In this document: positions 7,810-15,879 of the stretch, one piece after another
Layout: each line of letters starts with the position of its first letter
Position numbering within the stretch: the stretch's first letter is position 1
DNA from: Candidatus Nanoarchaeia archaeon
GTDB lineage: Archaea > Nanobdellota > Nanobdellia > Woesearchaeales > ARS49
Length of the DNA: 64,000 nt
Assembly (NCBI GenBank): GCA_041489925.1
Contig: JBGPSD010000005.1
Span: 1,581-65,580 of the forward strand
Direction: 5' to 3'
Program-made: the position numbers and the translations under genes
Notes under the pieces: model-generated
Told to the model about the DNA's origin: nothing
Database searches by the model: none
The model's input: the letters and a program-made list of their open reading frames with translations, nothing else

Positions 7810-8898
7810 ATGGCAACGCAGAGGTTTCCAAAAGACGGGGTGTTCAAGTACTTCTTCATAGGATTGTTTGTGTTGGTTGCAGCCCTCACATTCTGGGTTG
7901 CAAGGCCGTTCATCAATGCGCTGCTGGCAAGCGCGGTTGTAGCTTATGTCTTTTACCCGCTTTACGGCTGGCTGAACAAACACATCAAGTACAAGAACGT
8001 GTGCGCAGCGCTGGTTTCAGTACTCATACTGTTATTGTTCATCGGACCCTTGTTCCTTGTCGTCGAATCAGCAGCACCTGACGCAACATACACATATGTC
8101 AGGGCAAAGCAGAAAATAATGAGCGGCGAATTCATAGACATTGCGTGCCCTGCACAAAACGAGAACTTCCTCTGCAGCTTCCAAAGCAGAATCAAGGTCT
8201 ATCTCCAGCAGCCTGACGTGAAATATTATGTCAGCGACACAATAAGCAAGGCAACAGGGTTCATAATGCAGAAAATCGCTGACATTGTTTTTGCCCTGCC
8301 ATTAATTTTTATCAACCTCTTTGTCACTTTTTTCGCAGTCTTTTACCTGCTTAGGGATGGTAAAAGCCTTGTTGAGCACGTAAAAGACCTGCTGCCAATA
8401 CATCCAAGGCACAGGGACCACATTTTCAAAAGGCTTCAGGACACTGCAAGGGCGGTCATATACGGCACTCTTGTGATTGCAGTCATACAGGGCATTGTCG
8501 GCGGGCTTGGATTTTGGCTCTTCGGAGTTTCATCGCCGCTGTTATGGGGCATGGCAATGGCATTATGCGCGCTTATCCCATTCATAGGAACAACAATAAT
8601 CTGGATTCCTGCAGGAGTTGCGATGATTCTCGCAGGCTCTGCAGAAGGAAATCCAGCATCTGTCTGGAAAGGAATAGGGCTGCTGGTTTACGGATTCTTC
8701 ATAATTTCAGGCATTGACAATGTGCTCAAGCCGACACTTATCGGCGACAGGGCAGGAGTCCACCCTGTGCTTATCCTGGTTGGAGTCATGGGCGGGCTTG
8801 CGGCATTCGGTGTCGCAGGATTTGTAATCGGACCGATAATCATGGCGGTCTTCAAGGTCTTCCTTGACATTTACAGGCAGGAATACGAAGAAGCATAA
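7810..8898 (+). CDS. AI-2E family transporter (PerM/UPF0118)
   Basis: Multi-TM protein with family-typical LLRDGKSL and IPFIGTTIIWIPA segments. ATTTATAAA lies ~23 nt upstream of the ATG. Confidence 0.82.
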   Translation: MATQRFPKDGVFKYFFIGLFVLVAALTFWVARPFINALLASAVVAYVFYPLYGWLNKHIKYKNVCAALVSVLILLLFIGPLFLVVESAAPDATYTYVRAKQKIMSGEFIDIACPAQNENFLCSFQSRIKVYLQQPDVKYYVSDTISKATGFIMQKIADIVFALPLIFINLFVTFFAVFYLLRDGKSLVEHVKDLLPIHPRHRDHIFKRLQDTARAVIYGTLVIAVIQGIVGGLGFWLFGVSSPLLWGMAMALCALIPFIGTTIIWIPAGVAMILAGSAEGNPASVWKGIGLLVYGFFIISGIDNVLKPTLIGDRAGVHPVLILVGVMGGLAAFGVAGFVIGPIIMAVFKVFLDIYRQEYEEA

Positions 8899-8915
8899 AA
8901 AAAGAGGAGCAGGGG

Positions 8916-9008
8916 ATGAAGCTTAAAGTCAAAGACAATGAAAAAGCTGCGCTTTTTCAAGCCCTTAACTCTCAACCGAGTGATAACAAATGAAACTGAG
9001 AGTTAAGG
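8916..9008 (+). promoter_or_regulatory. 25-codon upstream ORF plus a 12-bp hairpin enclosing the deoA start codon
   Basis: uORF MKLKVKDNEKAALFQALNSQPSDNK (8916-8993) has a GAGGAG-like upstream motif and ends in ATGA overlap with the deoA ATG (8990). CCTTAACTCTCA (8963-8974) is the exact reverse complement of TGAGAGTTAAGG (8997-9008). Confidence 0.5.
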
Positions 9009-10483
9009 ATATGGACATAGCTACAGGCGACGTCCAGGTCGTAATTCTTAATGAGAAAGACGCAGATATGCTTGACCTGCACCACAATGACCGCATCTTC
9101 GTGAGGAAAGACAGGCGCCACACAATCGCAGTCCTTGACATCGGGGAAAGCGAAAAGGCAGTGCCGGCTGGCTCAATAGGGCTTTTTGAGGAAGTTCTTG
9201 ACGCACTGTACGCAAAAGACGGAGACACTGTGTCAATCGAGCTCGCGAGAAAGCCAAAGAGCGTCGGCTACATAAGGAAAAAGCTCGACGGAAAAGAGCT
9301 GACCTACAGCGAAATCTATGAGGTCATAAAGGACATTGGCAAAAACCAGCTCACCGACATAGAGCTGGCGAGCTATGTGACTGCAAATTACATAACAGGA
9401 ATGAGCGACAATGAAATCATAAACCTCACAAAGGCAATGATTTTCACAGGCACCAAGCTGAAAATTGCGAAAAAGCCTGTTGTTGACATCCACTGCATTG
9501 GCGGAGTGCCTGGCAACAGGACAACAATGATTGTCGTCCCAATCCTAATCGCTGCAGGGCTGACAGTGCCAAAGACAAGCTCAAGGGCAATAACATCTCC
9601 GGCAGGCACTGCAGACACAATGGAAGTCCTGTGCCCTGTTTCTTTGCCGATTTCAAAGCTTTACCAGATTCTCAACAGTGTCGGCGGCTTCATAATCTGG
9701 GGCGGCTCTGTCAACCTTGCGCCTGCAGATGACCGCATTATCAAAGTCGAGCACCCGCTAAGCATTGACGCAGAAGGCCAGATGCTTGCATCGATTATGG
9801 CGAAAAAGGCAAGCGTCAGCGCAACGCACCTGCTGATGGACATTCCTGTCGGCAAGGGCGCAAAAGTTGAGGACAGGAAGCAGGCAGTCCACCTTCAGGG
9901 CCACTTTGAGCGCCTTGGAAAGGAGCTCGGGATTCAGGTCTGCACGATTATAACGCAGGGCTCAGAGCCGATAGGAAACGGCATAGGGCCTGTCCTTGAG
10001 GCAAAAGACTGCCTTTGGGTCTTGAAGAATGATTCAAGGGCGCCTCAGGATTTGAGGAGAAAAAGCCTTGAAATGGCAGCAGTCGCGCTTGAATTTGCAG
10101 GAGCAGCAAAAAAAGGGCAGGGAATGCAGATGGCGACAGAAATCCTGAACAGCGGCAAGGCATACAAGGTGTTTGTTGACATGATTCGCGCGCAGGGCGG
10201 CAAAGATGTTGACCCTGAAAGCCTTAAGCCCTGCCCATTGCAGTACACCTATTCCGCGCCAAAGGCAGGACTGGTGAAATCCCTTGACAATATCTCAATC
10301 GCGCGCATAGCAAGGATGGCAGGGGCGCCAAGGGACCCTGACTCAGGAATACTTCTCCACCGCCACTGCGGAGATTCTGTGAAAAAAGGGGAGCCGATAA
10401 TGACAATTTACGCGCACACAAAAGAAAAGCTCGGCTATGCAATAGATATCCTGAAAGACCTTGACGGCATTATTGTTCAGTAA
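8990..10483 (+). CDS. deoA: AMP phosphorylase (archaeal thymidine phosphorylase family)
   Basis: 497 aa. Has the archaeal-type N-terminal domain (MKLRVKDMDIATGDVQVVILNEKDA...) followed by the glycosyl transferase family 3 core (HCIGGVPGNRTT, TSSRAITSPAGTADT). Confidence 0.88.
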   Translation: MKLRVKDMDIATGDVQVVILNEKDADMLDLHHNDRIFVRKDRRHTIAVLDIGESEKAVPAGSIGLFEEVLDALYAKDGDTVSIELARKPKSVGYIRKKLDGKELTYSEIYEVIKDIGKNQLTDIELASYVTANYITGMSDNEIINLTKAMIFTGTKLKIAKKPVVDIHCIGGVPGNRTTMIVVPILIAAGLTVPKTSSRAITSPAGTADTMEVLCPVSLPISKLYQILNSVGGFIIWGGSVNLAPADDRIIKVEHPLSIDAEGQMLASIMAKKASVSATHLLMDIPVGKGAKVEDRKQAVHLQGHFERLGKELGIQVCTIITQGSEPIGNGIGPVLEAKDCLWVLKNDSRAPQDLRRKSLEMAAVALEFAGAAKKGQGMQMATEILNSGKAYKVFVDMIRAQGGKDVDPESLKPCPLQYTYSAPKAGLVKSLDNISIARIARMAGAPRDPDSGILLHRHCGDSVKKGEPIMTIYAHTKEKLGYAIDILKDLDGIIVQ

Positions 10484-11082
10484 CCTTCCTTGTGCTCTTT
10501 GGTGTGCTCGTTGTGTATCGCGACCATTGCCCTGTGCGAGGCATAAAGCCTTCCTTTCATCACCCTGAGAACGTTTTGCCCGCCACGTAATCCCCTTGCA
10601 GTAATCCTTGCCTCCTTTGCAAGCAGTTCAGCCTCTTTTGCAATCCTTGTTTCCATTGCGAGCTTTTCCGCTTCCTGTATAAGCCTTGCCTCCCTGAGCA
10701 GGACTGCCTCGTGCGCGACTTTCTGGCCGCTCTCTGCAACCTGCTCACCGACTGCGAAAATCGCAGCCACCTGCTCATAAGCCCTGAATGCAAGATAGAA
10801 CGGGAACACTGCAATCATGTCAAGCCAGTACAGCTTGAAAAACTTCCTGACATTTTTTGTCTTGAACCACTTGAAAACAAGGTCAACAACAAAGAAGAAA
10901 ACAATTATGTAGTCAAATATGGTCATCCACGGCCCGTGTTCGCTGATTGGATACAGAGTCCAGAACGGGTTTTCAACAATGAGCACGAGGGCAAGGATGA
11001 TAACCAGAAAAGGGATTATGTGGTCAGTAAAGTGCTCAAACTCATGAGTAAACCTCTGCCACAAACTCCTCTTTTTTTCCAT
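10477..11082 (-). CDS. membrane protein with a voltage-sensor-like (ion_trans S1-S3-like) N-terminus and coiled-coil tail
   Basis: FDYIIVFFFVVDLVFKWFKTKNVRKFFKLYWLDMIAVFPFYL resembles the S2-S3 segments of ion-transport proteins. No pore or selectivity filter. The ATG directly abuts the duplicated tRNA-Ser 3' end. Confidence 0.45.
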   Translation of the reverse strand: MEKKRSLWQRFTHEFEHFTDHIIPFLVIILALVLIVENPFWTLYPISEHGPWMTIFDYIIVFFFVVDLVFKWFKTKNVRKFFKLYWLDMIAVFPFYLAFRAYEQVAAIFAVGEQVAESGQKVAHEAVLLREARLIQEAEKLAMETRIAKEAELLAKEARITARGLRGGQNVLRVMKGRLYASHRAMVAIHNEHTKEHKEGY

Positions 11083-11243
11083 ACGCCGACGGCAGGACAG
11101 CGGTCAACTTCGCTGATGCTCGTTGACCAGCCATGTCCGTGCCCTGATGAGCACGGCCAGACAGCGGTCAACTTGCGAGTTGACGAGCCCTGCCTGAACC
11201 TCACATATGTTACCTACTATATATTTATACGCCGACGGCAGGA
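11081..11243 (-). repeat. composite structured insertion E4 with duplicated tRNA-Ser 3' end
   Basis: Minus-strand 17-nt TCCTGCCGTCGGCGTAT occurs at 11243-11227 and 11097-11081. The 129 nt between hold an AT-rich stretch, a near copy of the E1 3' half including a tRNA-Val 3' end (TCTGGCCGTGCTCATCAGG), and the hairpin GTCAAC-GAGCATCAGCGA-aGTTGAC followed by CGCTG. Confidence 0.75.
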
Positions 11244-11312
11244 TTTGAACCTACAATTCCTTTCGGAACCCGCTCTCAAGGCGGGCGCACTACCGGGTTA
11301 TGCGACGTCGGC
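11230..11312 (-). tRNA. tRNA-Ser (anticodon UGA)
   Basis: Hand fold: acceptor GCCGACG/CGUCGGC, anticodon stem CCCGC/GCGGG with loop CUUGAGA, long variable arm UUCCGAAAGGAAUU, T arm GUAGG-UUCAAAU-CCUGC, discriminator G. 83 nt. Confidence 0.85.
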
Positions 11313-11479
11313 ATTATACCTTGCGATTACTTGCCTCCGTCACAAGACCTCTCGTTCTGCGGAACTTCAAGGTTATGCGACGTCGGCATTATACACTGCG
11401 ATTACTGGCCGACCTCGCTGGATCCTTTGCTCTGCGGAGCTGCAGGATATGCGACGTCGGCATTATACCGTGCGATTAT
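11296..11479 (-). repeat. tandem triplication (74-75-bp period) of the tRNA-Ser 5' flank plus its first 14-17 nt
   Basis: 35-nt blocks at 11296-11330, 11371-11405 and 11445-11479 (minus strand GTAATCGCAnnGTATAATGCCGACGTCGCATAnCC). The intervening 39-40 nt are related to each other. The distal unit folds as GCCGACGTCGC...GCGAGGTCGGC. Confidence 0.8.
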
Positions 11480-11534
11480 GTTACTCATAATCAAATACAT
11501 ACTTTAAAAAACATGCGGTTCCAAGCGGTGTTTT

Positions 11535-12020
11535 ATGGCTGCGCACAGCATTGAAGACCTTAAGAGCATTTCTTACTGGGACATTATCCGCAGGAAAAAA
11601 CAAACCCCATTCATAGTATTCATCTCTTTTGTGCTTTCCTTTGCAGTATCACGGCTTACAGTAACATACGGCCCTGAGTGGCTCAGGCTGTACATCAGGA
11701 CTTACCACATACACCACTTTTACTATGGGTTTGCACTGCTCGCGATTGCAAACTGGATTGCGCTTACAACAAACAGGGAGCACATGTTCAAGCTCTCAGC
11801 AGTGCTTTTTGGTGTGGGAATGGGATTGTTTGTTGACGAGTTCGGGCTGTTGTTAACCTGCACAACACCGCCAATGGGCTGCGATTACTGGGCAAGGCAG
11901 AGCTATGACGTATTCATGATAATCGCAGGCATACTCCTTGCTGTGCTTTACTCAAAGCCTGTTCTTTCAAGAGTAGGGAGAATTATCAAATCAACTGTTG
12001 GCTTCTTCAGGACCAAATAA
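11535..12020 (+). CDS. hypothetical membrane protein
   Basis: 161-aa ORF with about 4 hydrophobic segments. CTTTAAAAAA lies ~23 nt upstream of the ATG. Confidence 0.5.
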   Translation: MAAHSIEDLKSISYWDIIRRKKQTPFIVFISFVLSFAVSRLTVTYGPEWLRLYIRTYHIHHFYYGFALLAIANWIALTTNREHMFKLSAVLFGVGMGLFVDEFGLLLTCTTPPMGCDYWARQSYDVFMIIAGILLAVLYSKPVLSRVGRIIKSTVGFFRTK

Positions 12021-12032
12021 AAAAGTATATAA

Positions 12033-12362
12033 ATGAGCTCATTCGCAGCCACGGATATGCTAAACCGGGAAAGAATGCTTTTGATGGCTTCACTTTTCAG
12101 CCTTGTTGTGCTTCTTGCACTCGGTACATTTGTTTTTCAGATTATAGAAGGCTGGCACTTTATTGACTCATTCTATTTCACAGGAATGACAATGCTGACT
12201 GTCGGCTATGGCGACATAGCTCCAAAAACATACGCAGGCAAAATCGTTGCGGTTATTTTCGCGTTCGTCTCGGTCGGAATAGCGCTGTATTCTGTAAACC
12301 TGCTTGCAAGGCACGCATTCAGGCACGGAATTGAAGAAACCAGCTGGCTGAAGAAGAAATAA
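12033..12362 (+). CDS. pore-only two-TM potassium channel
   Basis: Selectivity filter TVGYGD flanked by two hydrophobic helices. 109 aa, no gating domain. Confidence 0.8.
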   Translation: MSSFAATDMLNRERMLLMASLFSLVVLLALGTFVFQIIEGWHFIDSFYFTGMTMLTVGYGDIAPKTYAGKIVAVIFAFVSVGIALYSVNLLARHAFRHGIEETSWLKKK

Positions 12363-12364
12363 TT

Positions 12365-12526
12365 CTAAGGCTGAGGCAGCATAACAGGAATACCGTTCTT
12401 TACAGGATATTCCTTTTTGCATCTTGTGCAGACAAGCGCAGTGCTGTCTTTTTTCATTTTCAGCTCTGCCTTGTCTTCAGGGCATGCAAGAACTTCCAAT
12501 AACTCCTTTGGAACAACATCCACCAT
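12365..12526 (-). CDS. trm112: Trm112 family protein
   Basis: Manual translation of an ORF below the track size cutoff: MVDVVPKELLEVLACPEDKAELKMKKDSTALVCTRCKKEYPVKNGIPVMLPQP. Matches the Trm112/UPF0434 pattern LL-x-LACP...C-x2-C...YP-x3-GIPVML. Confidence 0.7.
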   Translation of the reverse strand: MVDVVPKELLEVLACPEDKAELKMKKDSTALVCTRCKKEYPVKNGIPVMLPQP

Positions 12527-12700
12527 GCTCCTCTAAAAGAACCGCAACGCTTAAAAGTCTTTCTATGCGAAGTATATTCTAGAGAGAATAAATCTTTATA
12601 AACCGCCTGCTTGGAGAAGTATAAATACATTGTGGTGGTAGTTCCTCTACATTACGAATTATAGTTCGGATGTGAGGGGATAAAGCTAAAAGTTGGGGGA

Positions 12701-13636
12701 GTGCACAAAGTGTACTACATAAAAAAGTGCCCTGAATGCGCGGGCATTAATCTTTTCGTAAACCGTGAAAAAGGGGAGATAATCTGCAAGGACTGCGGTC
12801 TTGTCGTCGAAGACAAGATGGTTGAGTTCGGGCAGGAGTGGCGCGAATTTGAGAGCGAGGGCTCTGGAGAACAGAGGCACCGCCGCACAGGCGCGCCAAT
12901 GACCTACACGCAGTACGACCAGGGCTTGGGAACAGAAGTCGGCCAGAAGGCAGACCTTTTCCAGCTCGGCTCAAAAGACAGGAACAAGTTCTTCAGGTTG
13001 AGAAAATGGCAGTACAGGATAAGCACTGCAATTGAAAGAAACCTCAAATTAGCCCTTGCCGAATTAAAGAGGGTTTCAAGCTATTTGAAGCTGCCAAAGT
13101 CAGTCGAGGAAGAGGCAGCAATGATTTACACCCAGGCAGTCCAGCGCGGGCTTGTCAGGGGCAGAAGCATGGAATCAGTTGTCTCAGGCGCGCTTTATGC
13201 AGCCTGCAGGCGCCACGAGGTTCCAAGGACTCTTGACGAGCTCTCAGAGGCGTCAAGCATTGAAAAGAAGGAAATCGGAAGGACATACCGCTTCGTGACA
13301 AGGGAACTCGGCATAACCATCCTGCCAAGCAATCCAGCTGACTACATCGCAAGGTTTGCAAGCTCACTGAAATTATCGCCAGAGACGCAGTCCAAGGCAG
13401 TTGAAATCCTTGAGCAGGCACAGCACGAGGAATTAACCTCTGGAAGAGGACCGACTGGCATTGCAGCAGCGTCATTGTACGTTGCAGCGCTGATGCATGG
13501 CGAGAAAAGGACGCAAAGGGAAGTTGCAGATGTCGCAGGAGTAACAGAAGTCACAATCAGGAACCGCTACAAGGAGCTTCTTGACGAGCTCAACCTTGAG
13601 CGCGAGATAAAGAAGACCAAGAAAAAGAAGCGCTAA
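12701..13636 (+). CDS. tfb: transcription initiation factor IIB
   Basis: N-terminal zinc ribbon CPEC...CKDCG, two cyclin-fold repeats, Lys-rich tail. TATA-like boxes lie upstream. The exact start is uncertain. Confidence 0.94.
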   Translation: MHKVYYIKKCPECAGINLFVNREKGEIICKDCGLVVEDKMVEFGQEWREFESEGSGEQRHRRTGAPMTYTQYDQGLGTEVGQKADLFQLGSKDRNKFFRLRKWQYRISTAIERNLKLALAELKRVSSYLKLPKSVEEEAAMIYTQAVQRGLVRGRSMESVVSGALYAACRRHEVPRTLDELSEASSIEKKEIGRTYRFVTRELGITILPSNPADYIARFASSLKLSPETQSKAVEILEQAQHEELTSGRGPTGIAAASLYVAALMHGEKRTQREVADVAGVTEVTIRNRYKELLDELNLEREIKKTKKKKR

Positions 13637-13697
13637 ACAGCGTGCTTTAAAAAGGGCATTCTGGTTATTATTCTTATTGTGTGGGTGAAGGGAATGC

Positions 13698-14720
13698 ATG
13701 GCTCTAACCGAAGCAGAAGCACTCAAGAGTTTGGAAGCTTTGACAGCAGCGCTCAGGGTCACTCACGGTACTGATTACCGCTATCGCGTTATAGCAATCA
13801 TTTCAGATGTGCATGCAAATCTCGAAGCTTTGATGGCAGTGCTTAAGGACATTGAATCAAGGGCTGATTCTTTTGGCGGAATTGACCAGATTGCCTGCAT
13901 TGGGGACATTGTCGGCTATGGCCCAAACCCAAATGAAGTCCTTTATTTTTTCCGCAAGCACAAAATTATTGCGCTGAAAGGCAACCATGACGAGGTTGTC
14001 ACCAACCCTGACAGCCCGCTTGTCGAAAACACCAACAAATATGCGCTTGAATCATTTGCATGGACAAGAAAACAGCTCAGCAAGAGGAAAATGGACTATC
14101 TAATAAACCTGCCCTGGCAGCTTGACGACGAAAATGAGATGTATGTCCACGGCGCGCCGTGCAGCAAAATAATCCCAGAATTCCACAGCGTTTTCTTTGA
14201 AGGCAATGATGAGGTTAACATTGATTATGCCAAGATGATGCAGTACTGTGACAGGGAATTGAGCATGGAACTGCACGACAAAAAAAAGATGGACATACAG
14301 CTAAACCACAGCTTTGAAACCCTGATTCAGATGAAAAAGCAAATAGGTTTTGTTGGTCATTCCCATTTTCCGAAAGCGTACCAATACTCAAAAGACCCTA
14401 AAACACCGCACCTTGAATTTCCTTTTTGCGGCGACAGCGAGCCGTCAAGGGATGAGCAGATGTTTGAGAGCACTGTGTGGGAATTGAGGTTAATGCCAGA
14501 CCATGTCTACATAATCAATCCAGGGGCAGTGGGGCAGCCAAGGGACGGCGACAGGAGAGCAAGCTATGGCATTCTTGACAGAACGCCAGACCCTGAAAAC
14601 GGCTCAGTTGGAACTTTCTATAATATCCGGGTGCCTTACAATCAGATGAAAACCATTAGAAAGATGCTGAAGGCAGGCATTTCATACAAGCTTGCTTACA
14701 GGCTGATATTTGGCAAGTGA
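13698..14720 (+). CDS. metallophosphoesterase family protein
   Basis: Calcineurin-like motifs ISDVHAN, GDIVGYGP, GNHD and GHSH. Confidence 0.8.
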   Translation: MALTEAEALKSLEALTAALRVTHGTDYRYRVIAIISDVHANLEALMAVLKDIESRADSFGGIDQIACIGDIVGYGPNPNEVLYFFRKHKIIALKGNHDEVVTNPDSPLVENTNKYALESFAWTRKQLSKRKMDYLINLPWQLDDENEMYVHGAPCSKIIPEFHSVFFEGNDEVNIDYAKMMQYCDRELSMELHDKKKMDIQLNHSFETLIQMKKQIGFVGHSHFPKAYQYSKDPKTPHLEFPFCGDSEPSRDEQMFESTVWELRLMPDHVYIINPGAVGQPRDGDRRASYGILDRTPDPENGSVGTFYNIRVPYNQMKTIRKMLKAGISYKLAYRLIFGK

Positions 14721-14722
14721 TG

Positions 14723-15043
14723 TCAGAACCTGAAAAGCTTTTTTTCAAAGCCGGCAACTTTGCCGTCTTTTACAATAACGCCCTCTTTCTTGAGCAATGC
14801 AATCTTCTGTGCAAGCTTTTTCCCTGACTTTGCGCCCTTGTAGCCGCCAATCCTTCCGTCAGAGCAGACAACCCTGTGGCACGGAACGCGGGGAGCATAA
14901 GGATTGTTCTTCAATGCGACTCCAACAGCGCGGTAAACCTGTCCATAGCCGCCCAGCGCATTGCCTATCTCGCGGTAAGTGGAGACTTTGCCTTTTGGAA
15001 TGCGCTTGCAGATAGAATAAACTTTTTCTGAGAATGATTTCAT
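14723..15043 (-). CDS. ogt: MGMT-family protein (methylated-DNA--protein-cysteine methyltransferase DNA-binding domain)
   Basis: Active-site motif VPCHRVV. 106 aa, equivalent to the C-terminal Ogt domain only. Confidence 0.85.
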   Translation of the reverse strand: MKSFSEKVYSICKRIPKGKVSTYREIGNALGGYGQVYRAVGVALKNNPYAPRVPCHRVVCSDGRIGGYKGAKSGKKLAQKIALLKKEGVIVKDGKVAGFEKKLFRF

Positions 15044-15852
15044 ACCGGAACAAGCGCAGGCTGCAGGCGCTTTGGAAGCTCAGTCGGAAGGTAAAGGCAG
15101 TTTGGTGAGATGTTCTGAAGCAGTTTTTTTGATTGATAGTTTACCCAGTGGTATATCTCAGGGTGCCTTGTAGTGATAAAAATCTGGTCGCTGAATGCAG
15201 GGTCAGTGCTGTAATGCCCGAGCATTTTGACAGCTTCATCATCAATTTTACGCATATTATCCAGCGTCACAAGCAGGTTGTTTTTCTTGTCAACCATTGG
15301 CGATATCAGCTTCATCGCAAAGGCCTCATCAAGATGTGACGGTGCGTCCTTTACCAAGACATTGCGCCTGAACATCCTCTGGAGCCAGCTGTAAACCTTT
15401 CCTGTTGCAGAAGCAGGGTCAATCTTTGTAATGCCATTTAGCTCTGTAATCCAGTATTCTGCGCCTCCTGCGACAAACCAGTGCATTTGAGGGCTCATTA
15501 AAAGCACTTTTCTGTCCAGTGTCGGCATTGTGAAGTTGAATTCAACATCTTCAATCCCTGCTTTTGTTGAGAACTTGAGAATTTCATCAAGCCGCTTCTT
15601 GCTCGGTCCTGTGTCAAGCTCCATCCTGTTAAACGTGTCAAGCTGGCGGTAGCTGTACTCCATCTTCGTGAGCGCTTCAGGGTTTGCGTATTCCAGTTTG
15701 TAATCCCTGAAGATTAATGTCGGAATGCTGCTTTGCTCAAGCTGTTTTGCGACTCTGGAGAATAAAGGTGTTTGGAGAAGCTGGGTTCGCCTGTGTTCAT
15801 ACATGCGCTGGCGTCGCTCCTCAATCCTCTCCTTCCTCTCGCTGTGGTTCAT
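15040..15852 (-). CDS. hypothetical protein
   Basis: 270-aa ORF in 4-nt overlap with ogt. No motif recognised. Confidence 0.5.
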   Translation of the reverse strand: MNHSERKERIEERRQRMYEHRRTQLLQTPLFSRVAKQLEQSSIPTLIFRDYKLEYANPEALTKMEYSYRQLDTFNRMELDTGPSKKRLDEILKFSTKAGIEDVEFNFTMPTLDRKVLLMSPQMHWFVAGGAEYWITELNGITKIDPASATGKVYSWLQRMFRRNVLVKDAPSHLDEAFAMKLISPMVDKKNNLLVTLDNMRKIDDEAVKMLGHYSTDPAFSDQIFITTRHPEIYHWVNYQSKKLLQNISPNCLYLPTELPKRLQPALVPV

Positions 15853-15879
15853 CTAAACACTCTATTATGAATTGCCCCT

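Noticed and set aside
11296-11479. CRISPR-like periodicity (three 35-nt repeats separated by 39-40-nt spacers).
   Set aside because: The 'spacers' are homologous to each other and to the tRNA-Ser body. The first repeat is part of the tRNA gene. There are only three units and no cas genes in the window. It is better explained as a tandem duplication of the tRNA 5' region.
10711-11554. Track ORFs 10711..11490 (259 aa) and 11300..11554 (84 aa, repeated MRRRHYTLRLL).
   Set aside because: They are translations of the antisense strand of a real gene, the tRNA-Ser gene and its tandem repeats. The repeated peptide simply mirrors the nucleotide repeat.
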